From: a virus
Taxonomy: Duplodnaviria; Heunggongvirae; Uroviricota; Caudoviricetes
IMG/VR virus record: IMGVR_UViG_3300042402_002792
Direction: 5' to 3' (one strand)
DNA length: 64,000 nt
Shown: positions 1-7,449 of the stretch, in pieces
Position numbering within the stretch: position 1 is the first letter of the stretch
How the letters are laid out: each line of letters opens with the position of its first letter
The notes under the pieces: model-generated
What the model was told of the DNA's origin: nothing
The model's database searches: none
Seen by the model: only the letters and a program-made list of their open reading frames with translations
Made by a program: the position numbers and the translations under genes

Positions 1-904
1 TAAACAAGTTGACAAATATAAGAAAGCAGTTGAAGAGCTCAAAAATAATATTTGCCCCAGTTGTAAACAAGGGGTGCATACACATACACATGAAGAAATG
101 ACTGCCGAAGCTGAAAAAAATCTAGCAGATGCATTTGTGTATTTGCAAGGAATTTCAGATAGCTATACTACTGTTGTACAAGAGTTAACCGAAATAGGCG
201 ATATTAACGGTCGGCCTAAAACATTTTATGAGACAGTAGAGGAAGCTCTCAAGCATCAAAATAATTTAACTACCTTAGAAGCTGCACTTCTTAAACGTAG
301 TGAAGAAACAGATCCCTATCAAGAACAAATTGACGAATTACAAAACACTGCTATTCAAGAAATTAGCTGGAATAAAATTAATGAGTTAACTGTATTAAAA
401 GATCACGAAGAATTTTTATTAAAGTTGTTAACTAACAAAGATAGTTTTATTCGTAAAAAGATTATTGATCAAAACTTAGCCTACTTAAACAATAGGCTTA
501 CATACTATCTTGACAAGATGGGATTACCGCATCAAGTAAGTTTCTTAAATGATTTGAATGTTGAGATTACACAATTAGGTCAAGATTTAGATTTTGATAA
601 CCTGTCAAGAGGAGAACGTAACAGACTTATATTAGGTTTAAGCTGGGCGTTTAGAGATGTATGGGAAAGTTTATATCAAAACATCAATCTGTTGTTCATT
701 GACGAATTAGTTGATAACGGATTAGATGCAGCTGGTGTAGAAAATGCGCTTGGAGTATTAAAAAAGATGGCTAGAGAAAGAAATAAAAACATTTATCTTA
801 TCAGTCACAAAGACGAACTTATTGGTCGTGTTAACAATGTACTTAAAGTTATTAAAGAAAACGGATACACCAGTTACGCAAACGATATTGAAATAGAAGA
901 ATGA
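1..904 (+). CDS. gp46: Recombination endonuclease ATPase subunit (T4 gp46 / Rad50-SbcC family), 5'-truncated by the window edge
   Basis: The frame is open from position 2 (KQVDKYKKAVEELKNNICPSCKQG, with zinc-hook CPSC), so the GTG at 74 is not the true start. C-terminal ABC signature LSRGE, Walker B LLFIDE, D-loop GLD and H-loop LISH are present. Confidence 0.93.
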   Translation, partial: KQVDKYKKAVEELKNNICPSCKQGVHTHTHEEMTAEAEKNLADAFVYLQGISDSYTTVVQELTEIGDINGRPKTFYETVEEALKHQNNLTTLEAALLKRSEETDPYQEQIDELQNTAIQEISWNKINELTVLKDHEEFLLKLLTNKDSFIRKKIIDQNLAYLNNRLTYYLDKMGLPHQVSFLNDLNVEITQLGQDLDFDNLSRGERNRLILGLSWAFRDVWESLYQNINLLFIDELVDNGLDAAGVENALGVLKKMARERNKNIYLISHKDELIGRVNNVLKVIKENGYTSYANDIEIEE

Positions 905-1137
905 CTACAAGGCATTTACACGAAGCATTGATGAAAGAGTTTCGAGCTTACTTTGAAGAAAATCAAAAGTACGAAACCTATGAGCATCATGCTAGTGGTA
1001 TTAGGCTACGCAAACACTTATACGAAATTAGGCGAATCGCACTAGAAATGCGAGAAGAAATCTTATCTACAAGAAAAATTAAACAAAAAGAGTACGCTCA
1101 AAAGAATAAGGCAACAAAGGCACAAGATAATACATAG
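901..1137 (+). CDS. Small basic helical protein, histone H1-like Hc1-family candidate
   Basis: ASGIRLRKHLYEIRRIALEMREEI resembles the AGxRARKxLxExxK pattern of Hc1-like proteins; Lys-rich tail; ATGA overlap with gp46. Confidence 0.5.
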   Translation: MTTRHLHEALMKEFRAYFEENQKYETYEHHASGIRLRKHLYEIRRIALEMREEILSTRKIKQKEYAQKNKATKAQDNT

Positions 1138-1140
1138 TAC

Positions 1141-1584
1141 ATGCTATGGACATATCAAGATCAACAAGTAGAAGAAATACCAGAAGGCTATATTGGCTTT
1201 GTTTATTTGATTACTAATCTCACAACCGGGCAAAAGTACATAGGCAAAAAACTTGCACAATTCAAACGTACTAAACCACCACTCAAAGGCAAAAAATTAA
1301 AACGCAGAAGCACAGTAGAAAGCGATTGGCGCGATTATTGGAGCAGTTCTGATAGGCTCAATGCAGATGTCCAAACACTAGGTCCGGAAAAATTTACAAG
1401 AGAAATACTTTATTACTGCAAATCTAAGGCAGAAATGTCATATCTAGAGGCAAGAGAACAATTTGAACGTAGAGTTCTTGAAACAGATGAATACTATAAT
1501 GGTATTATCAACTGTAGAATTGGTGGTTCAAATGTACTAAGGCAACGCCTACAAGAACAATCACAGGCAAAATCAAACGGTTAA
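1141..1584 (+). CDS. GIY-YIG endonuclease (Seg/endonuclease II-like, stand-alone catalytic domain)
   Basis: GFVYLITN...KYIGKK, conserved SDWRDYWSS, catalytic E in YLEAREQ, and YYN at the end. Confidence 0.85.
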   Translation: MLWTYQDQQVEEIPEGYIGFVYLITNLTTGQKYIGKKLAQFKRTKPPLKGKKLKRRSTVESDWRDYWSSSDRLNADVQTLGPEKFTREILYYCKSKAEMSYLEAREQFERRVLETDEYYNGIINCRIGGSNVLRQRLQEQSQAKSNG

Positions 1585-2020
1585 AGCAAGCGTCAGCTAA
1601 TTTCGGACGCCCAAATCCTCGGTGATGTCGCGGGGTAAGGAAATCTCTCGCCGTTGTGAGTTTATAGCAACTATCCTTTACAGGACGATGTTCGGATATG
1701 CCTACATACAACCGGATTTGCTATACAAGAAAATTTTAAAAAGGCTAAAAGAGGGAGAAAAACCCGCGGCTATACTTGTGTTAGCGTACATTTATAGGCC
1801 TGCCGTTGTGATAAAGACTCAGCTCGTGGTACCGGACAACCGCCACTGTAATGCTGTAACGCTAGTGTGACATGTTCAACTCAGATAATGTTTCATTTTT
1901 TGCCCGCAAGGGCAAAGTGTGACTGAACAATCTAGATAATATTTAAACTGCTTCGCAGTAATAAAAGAAAACAATAGTTCGAGCGATAGCGAAGAACAGA
2001 AGAACGTAAGTTCTTCTTTA
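1585..2020 (+). ncRNA. Candidate large structured non-coding element (ncRNA or origin-like DNA)
   Basis: GC-richer ~430-nt gap with no credible ORF and many helices, e.g. 1627-1634/1763-1770, 1663-1670/1718-1725, TTTGCCC-GCAA-GGGCAAA 1899-1916, ACTGC-TTC-GCAGT 1947-1959, AGAAGAAC-GTAA-GTTCTTCT 1998-2017. Strand and identity are uncertain. Confidence 0.5.
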
Positions 2021-2027
2021 ATAAATA
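2021..2027 (+). promoter_or_regulatory. T4-type late promoter (ATAAATA)
   Basis: Matches the T4 late consensus TATAAATA; 7 nt separate it from ATG 2035. Confidence 0.7.
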
Positions 2028-2034
2028 TAAAACT

Positions 2035-3384
2035 ATGAAAGTTTACGAAGTTCTCGAGAAAAAACAAATTAATGAAGCACTTCCTATTATTGGGGGTATT
2101 GGATTAGGTGGAATTTTGACTGCTATCTCTATTGGAATAGCAGCATGGAGTGCCTATGATGTATATAATTTTATTAAGAAATATAACGAGGATCCTGAAA
2201 AAATCACTGATGAGGAATGGGAAGAACTTTTTATAGATGCTATACTGATGTTTACTCCTGGATTTTTAAAATTAGGCAGAGCAGGTGTAGCAAAAATAGT
2301 TCCAAAAGCTGCTAAGACTAAAGGCGGCAAGTGGTTAAGAAGTAAAATTAACAAAAGATATGCAGAAGTAACTGCAAAAAGAGCTGCTAGAGGCAAATAC
2401 AGTATTAAAGGACTTACAGGCAAACAAAGAACTGAAATGTTGGCCAAACGTGCAGCAGCTTCAAAAACAGCGGCAGCGGCAGGTGCAGCAGCATTAAGTG
2501 CAAATGCCGCTGTAGCAGGATTAATCCGAACTCTTGGTCTAGGTGCAGTTATTGGAAATTATCTAATACAGATTGCAGCCATTGAAGAAGATTTTGTAGA
2601 GTTGCGAGATTCGTTGAGTTCCGGAAAAGAAGTTTCAGAAGATAACATTTTTAAAGGCATGTCATTTGAAGAAGCTAAGGAACAAGGTCAAAACTTGCGT
2701 CAAGACCTACTAGGAGAAGCAGCCCTACAAATGGTTGGACTAGGATTAGCAGGTAGAATTATAGGAGCTTTAGGTAAATTTGCAAACCTATTTGGCATTA
2801 TAGGGCAAGTGTTTGGCAGACCGTTGCAGTTTGCAGGATGGCTAGCTACTTTAGGCGGTGGTGCAAAAATGACTGCGGTAAAGACTGCTCTTACAGCATG
2901 GTTTAGCACAGAGTCAGGTCAAGAATGGCTTAAACAATTTGCAATTGGGTTAGCATTGATATCTGCAGGTCAGCTAGCTAAGTCTATACTAGGTCCTATT
3001 ATGAGTTGGTCTGCAGATATTATTGTTACACTGTTAGACGAGGCATTAGCATATATTTCAGAAAAAACAGGTATACCTTTAAGTGTACCAGATGCTGCAA
3101 AGTCGCCATTTTCACCTACATCTCCAGATCAAGCTACTAAAGATGTAGAAGATGAAAGAGCGGCAAATGTTAAATTTGTAGGGGGTGTTCCTGCTACTAC
3201 AGGTGACGGCTATCTACGAAATGATCGAGCATTTTGGCTTACGCCTAATTTAGGTATTATAGCAAGACGAAATGCAAATAATAAACCTAGTCCCTTACCT
3301 CATCCCTTACAAGGTTTACCGTTAAATCCTAAACTAACATATCCTAGCGATCTAATGGCCAAAGTTGGATTTACACCTAGTTAA
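2035..3384 (+). CDS. Putative head-packaged protein with several hydrophobic, membrane-like segments
   Basis: N-terminus MKVYEVLEKKQINE resembles the T4 capsid-targeting sequence (MKTYQEFIAE). Gly/Ala-rich hydrophobic helices follow; late promoter upstream. Confidence 0.5.
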   Translation: MKVYEVLEKKQINEALPIIGGIGLGGILTAISIGIAAWSAYDVYNFIKKYNEDPEKITDEEWEELFIDAILMFTPGFLKLGRAGVAKIVPKAAKTKGGKWLRSKINKRYAEVTAKRAARGKYSIKGLTGKQRTEMLAKRAAASKTAAAAGAAALSANAAVAGLIRTLGLGAVIGNYLIQIAAIEEDFVELRDSLSSGKEVSEDNIFKGMSFEEAKEQGQNLRQDLLGEAALQMVGLGLAGRIIGALGKFANLFGIIGQVFGRPLQFAGWLATLGGGAKMTAVKTALTAWFSTESGQEWLKQFAIGLALISAGQLAKSILGPIMSWSADIIVTLLDEALAYISEKTGIPLSVPDAAKSPFSPTSPDQATKDVEDERAANVKFVGGVPATTGDGYLRNDRAFWLTPNLGIIARRNANNKPSPLPHPLQGLPLNPKLTYPSDLMAKVGFTPS

Positions 3385-3602
3385 AGAAAATTCATACCGC
3401 TTTTCTTTGTAGCTTCGATATTTTCTTTGATAATATGATTTAAGATCATTCTGTCTTCGTAAGAGTACAGGTAAAATAGATCTTTGCTATCTACTCCGCC
3501 TCGCATATACCAACTAATTCTAAAAATCTCGTCTTTTAAATTTTTGGCGTCTTGTTCTAGATTTTTTACAGTGTTTTCAATCTCATCTGCGGAGAGGAAC
3601 AA
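3381..3602 (-). CDS. gp51-like hub/tail assembly chaperone segment, probably the -1 frameshift extension of the upstream gene
   Basis: Small helical ORF (ISWYMRGG...YEDRMIL) directly after the gp26-like gene. It has only a TTG start and lies in the -1 frame of slippery site T TTT TTC. Confidence 0.6.
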   Translation of the reverse strand: MFLSADEIENTVKNLEQDAKNLKDEIFRISWYMRGGVDSKDLFYLYSYEDRMILNHIIKENIEATKKSGMNFL

Positions 3603-3607
3603 GAGCC

Positions 3608-4432
3608 TTATGCGAAAAAATTACTTTGATCTACCTGTACTGTAATAGAATTTTCTTTACCACATGAAGAACACATAACGGGTTGTGATGGAATATTCCA
3701 AGTTTCTTTATTTTGTTCTAATTTTTCTTTGATAATTTTGTAATTTTCTCTGTCAGTATTACGCAGATATTCTTCAATAAATGCTTTGTCAGTGACCATA
3801 ACACCGTCAGCTTGAACATTTTCAATACTAGTTAAGAATAATTGTAATTGTAACTCTGAAAGAGTTTTATAAATCTCATCAATTTGTTTTTGTCTTTGAT
3901 CTTCTGGAAGTTCACCGGTTTGATACAATGTTTTTTGTAATTTAAAGTTTTCAATACTAAAATAGGTCATTTCTTCGTATTGTAAAGGTCGTACACTAAT
4001 AGTTAACCCTTCCATGACTTGAATTTGACTAACATACTTTAAAGAACTAAAGTAATCGATTAACTTAGTAAGTTCAATTTCGTATTCATTTTCTGCATCG
4101 CAATGCTTACAGTTTTGCGATATAGTCATTTTTTCACCAAATGTTGCAATTCTAATTGCAACTAATAAAGAATCTATATCGATAGTAGGCATTAACTTAG
4201 CATTTGTTATATAAGGACAGCAACTTTCAATAACTTTAGCAGTGGCTTCTCCGCTGAATAAAGCATCTGGAGTTTTCATTATGATTTCATCCATACCACT
4301 CATGGCAAAAATAGGAACATTACTCCAGTCTCCTTGAAGAGCACCGGGTTCGTAATAAATGCCCTTACTTGGTAATGAGACATAGAGTTTTGGTTGTCTA
4401 AAAAATCTTTGTAACGGGTTATTTCCTGTCAT
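3608..4432 (-). CDS. gp26: Baseplate hub assembly / tail chaperone protein (T4 gp26-like)
   Basis: LPSKG, DIDSLLVAIRIATFGE, two CxxC pairs (CKHC, CSSC) and an NFF end typical of gp26-like proteins; adjacent to the tape-measure-like gene. Confidence 0.75.
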   Translation of the reverse strand: MTGNNPLQRFFRQPKLYVSLPSKGIYYEPGALQGDWSNVPIFAMSGMDEIIMKTPDALFSGEATAKVIESCCPYITNAKLMPTIDIDSLLVAIRIATFGEKMTISQNCKHCDAENEYEIELTKLIDYFSSLKYVSQIQVMEGLTISVRPLQYEEMTYFSIENFKLQKTLYQTGELPEDQRQKQIDEIYKTLSELQLQLFLTSIENVQADGVMVTDKAFIEEYLRNTDRENYKIIKEKLEQNKETWNIPSQPVMCSSCGKENSITVQVDQSNFFA

Positions 4433-4442
4433 AATCTATCCG

Positions 4443-4466
4443 ATAAATATAATATAGGTATTTATA
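4443..4466. promoter_or_regulatory. Face-to-face pair of late promoters (+ ATAAATA 4443-4449; - TATAAATA 4466-4459)
   Basis: Both motifs lie in the 59-nt gap between divergent genes. Confidence 0.7.
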
Positions 4467-4491
4467 TACGTAGATTTTACCGGAAAAAATA

Positions 4492-7449
4492 ATGTCATTA
4501 ACTACAGCAGATGCTCAACTTATTGCAAGTGAGATAGCAAAATCTTTAAAAATAGCAGGAGTTACCGGAACAGGCGGTAAAGGCAGTAGCACCGGTACTG
4601 CTCCAGGCTCATCTGGATCTTCTATAAGTGATTTAACTAAATCAGGTCAAGGACTAACAGCCGGTTTTGACACTCTTAAAGATGTTGTAGGTCAAGCAAA
4701 AATACAATATACAAATCTTTCACAAGTTATCCAGGATAATCTTAATACATGGAGAGATTTAAGCAAGGTAGGTGCTAGTTTTAGCAATGATATTGTTGCA
4801 ATGCGTGCCGCCGCCGCTGGCGCACGACTAGACGTTGGAGAATTTGCAGGAGTTATCAAAGAAAATTCTGCTTCAATGACAGGCTTTGGTGGCGATGTTA
4901 GTAAAGGTGCAGCATCTTTTGCTCTTGCTAGCAAAAGAATGTTTGACGAACTTGGTCCAGTTACTGATCAACTTCGTCAAATGGGATACACAAACAAAGA
5001 TCTCAATGATATTTTAGCTCTAACTAATGTATCGTCTAGAGCTCAATTTCAAAACGATGAATCAAGAAGTAAAGCATTAACTGAAAACGCTACTGCTCTA
5101 GCTAGAGAAATGGACTTAATGGCCAAACTCACTGGTAAGACTAGAGAAGAACAAATGGCACAAATGCGTAAAAACAACGCAGACATGGCATTCGAAGCTG
5201 CTCTACGATCTAAAATGATGGAGATTGATGATCCAGCTAAACGAGCAGAGTTTGAAAAGAACGCTAGAGCACAGTTAGCAGAGGCACAGAATCGAGGCCA
5301 AGGCCAGATGTTTAAAGAAGTATTTGCTACTGGACAGATACTGAGTAAAGAAGCTGCACAACAGGCATCTCTAATGGGAGAACAGTCTCGAAATACCATG
5401 CGAGCTGCTCAAGTCAGTGCTAATACTCAAATGGATAGTGCTGAAAGAGAAAAACAAGCAACTGATGCTCAAATAGCAGCTAGAAGTGCATTTAATAACG
5501 ACATGCAAAACAAACAAGTTCTCTTAATGGCTTCAATGGACAACACATCTGGTGCAGTTGGTAAAACATTTAGAGATAGTATGTCAGCTCAAATGGATTA
5601 TCAAAGAGGTCTTGAAGGAATTGCTGCTGCAAATAAATTAGATCTAAGTGATAAAGCACAATTAGCAAAAGCTCAGCAATTATATAGAGAACAAGCAGAA
5701 AGAGGTCAACAAGGTGCTAAAGAAAACGGTGACCAAACTAATGCTGCTACTAGAGCTATGATTAATTTAGGTGCTAGAACTGCAGATGTTGAAAGTGCAT
5801 TCTTTAACAAATTAGTTGTACCACTTAACGAAAAAGTTAATCCAGCATTGACTAAACTTGCTGACGGTGCATTAGGTGCTACTAAAGTTGGTACTCAAGA
5901 AACATTTGTTCAAGGCATTGAAAAACAATTAGAAAAAGGATTTTCAAAAGCAAACGATGCAGCTGGTCCTATAGCAGGATTAGGAAAAGCAGCATCAACT
6001 GCTGCTGATGCTTTATTAAAATTAGCAGGAATTCAACCAGCACCTGGAGGACAACCGGCAGCACAAGCACCGAGAAGAAATACTGGTAGTTTAGGAGCTA
6101 CAGGTAACCTGTTTGAAAATTTTGGAGAAGGTACCCTAGTAGAATTACATGGCCTAGAAAGTGTCATGCGTCCAGATGATTTAAAGAAAGTTGTACAGTC
6201 ATCAATGAGTGGCATGACTGGCATGATGTCTAAAATGTCTACGCCTGACTTAGTATCAGGTGGCGGTTTTAGTGGTGGAATAAACTTTAACGAAATATCT
6301 AAAGATATTAGCACAACTATTAGCGGTGGCGGATCTTCTAGCATAAAATTAGATACTGCTGCACTAGCAGACATGACTAAACCTTTTGAAAAATCTTTTG
6401 CAGACTTTAATACTGGATTTGAAGACATTGTATCTAAATCAAGCAAAGGTATTACGTTTGCTCCATTTGAAGAAAGTTTTGACGAGTTTGGCAGTAACTT
6501 TGATGATGTAGTGTCTAGAATGGCAACCGATCTACAAGAAGCAATACCGTTGGATTCTATAGATCAAACAGCAAATGCACTTGAATATGCAAGTAAGCGC
6601 CGACAGGAACTTGAAGATATCATGAACGATGGTATTGCAAGAAGTGGTACAGAGTGGGACGAAATATTTGATGAGGCTGAACAGTTAGACGGGCAAATAG
6701 AAAAATTAACTAACAAACAACTAGAAGCAATGTCTAGGTATGCCGACGGCTGGAGCGATACTAGTGATATAATGGATCAAGTGTATGCCGACATTGACAA
6801 TGCTATGCCTATAGACACTGAGTTTGGCGACTTAGAAGGTGCAATGAAAGCAGCCCGAGAAAGAATGTACCCAGACACAGAGTTTGGCGACTTAGAAGGT
6901 GCTATGAAGTACGCACAATCACAACCATATGACGAGTTTGGCGACTTAGATGGTGCAATTGCAGCTCAACAAGCAAGTCAGCCGTATGACGAGTTTGGCG
7001 ACTTAGATGGTGCAATTGCACGTCAAAGTGCAATGGGAGATCTTGTATCGTCATCATCGCCTACTGCTGCACAACAGCCTGGTAGAAATATAGATATCAA
7101 CAGCTTCACCCTTAGTCCAAATGGTATGCCAATACCTAAACCAAAAAGTACAGTTTCAGCAGCTCCAACTAGGCCAGCAGCCGCTGCACAACCAGCAATG
7201 ACAGCAGCTGATCAAGAAGATGCCGATATGGGCGCTGCTATGCGAGCTAATGCATCTAGAAGTTCTGCTGCCGGTGCAGTCGCTGGTGGCAAAGACAGCA
7301 AAACTACTCTTGATGATGTTGTTAATTCTCTAACAGCGTTAAATAGTAGAGTAGCACAGTTAATTACAACATCTGAGCAGGGATATGCAGCTATTGCTCG
7401 ATCAGCAAAAGCTGGTAGTAATAATCTATATGAGAGAGCCAAAGCATGA
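4492..7449 (+). CDS. Tape-measure-like / baseplate hub protein (985 aa)
   Basis: Long Ala/Gln/Met-rich helical protein with the FGEGTLVELHGLESVM motif common in tape-measure C-terminal regions; next to the gp26-like chaperone. Confidence 0.65.
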   Translation: MSLTTADAQLIASEIAKSLKIAGVTGTGGKGSSTGTAPGSSGSSISDLTKSGQGLTAGFDTLKDVVGQAKIQYTNLSQVIQDNLNTWRDLSKVGASFSNDIVAMRAAAAGARLDVGEFAGVIKENSASMTGFGGDVSKGAASFALASKRMFDELGPVTDQLRQMGYTNKDLNDILALTNVSSRAQFQNDESRSKALTENATALAREMDLMAKLTGKTREEQMAQMRKNNADMAFEAALRSKMMEIDDPAKRAEFEKNARAQLAEAQNRGQGQMFKEVFATGQILSKEAAQQASLMGEQSRNTMRAAQVSANTQMDSAEREKQATDAQIAARSAFNNDMQNKQVLLMASMDNTSGAVGKTFRDSMSAQMDYQRGLEGIAAANKLDLSDKAQLAKAQQLYREQAERGQQGAKENGDQTNAATRAMINLGARTADVESAFFNKLVVPLNEKVNPALTKLADGALGATKVGTQETFVQGIEKQLEKGFSKANDAAGPIAGLGKAASTAADALLKLAGIQPAPGGQPAAQAPRRNTGSLGATGNLFENFGEGTLVELHGLESVMRPDDLKKVVQSSMSGMTGMMSKMSTPDLVSGGGFSGGINFNEISKDISTTISGGGSSSIKLDTAALADMTKPFEKSFADFNTGFEDIVSKSSKGITFAPFEESFDEFGSNFDDVVSRMATDLQEAIPLDSIDQTANALEYASKRRQELEDIMNDGIARSGTEWDEIFDEAEQLDGQIEKLTNKQLEAMSRYADGWSDTSDIMDQVYADIDNAMPIDTEFGDLEGAMKAARERMYPDTEFGDLEGAMKYAQSQPYDEFGDLDGAIAAQQASQPYDEFGDLDGAIARQSAMGDLVSSSSPTAAQQPGRNIDINSFTLSPNGMPIPKPKSTVSAAPTRPAAAAQPAMTAADQEDADMGAAMRANASRSSAAGAVAGGKDSKTTLDDVVNSLTALNSRVAQLITTSEQGYAAIARSAKAGSNNLYERAKA
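6820..7013 (+). repeat. Four in-frame copies of GAGTTTGGCGACTTAGA(A/T)GGTGC (EFGDL(E/D)GA)
   Basis: Copies start at 6820, 6880, 6934 and 6991; spacing 60/54/57 nt. Confidence 0.9.

Noticed and set aside
1141-1584. Mobile homing endonuclease element (also the HNH gene at 63221)
   Set aside because: Both are short, appear to lack extended DNA-binding domains and are not inside introns, so mobility cannot be supported.
1585-2020. Group I intron, RNase P RNA or tmRNA
   Set aside because: No interrupted host gene or clear P7 elements. AAGGAAATCTC and AAACCCGCGGCTAT only loosely resemble RNase P motifs and do not form P4. No tRNA-like T-arm or CCA end.
1508-2067. Short ORFs 1508-1711, 1622-1870 and 1876-2067
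   Set aside because: No SD or protein-like features; they overlap real genes or the structured element.
6820-7013. CRISPR array
   Set aside because: The repeats are in frame inside a long ORF, the linkers are related to each other (SQPYD, AMK), the repeat is not palindromic, and there is no leader or cas gene.
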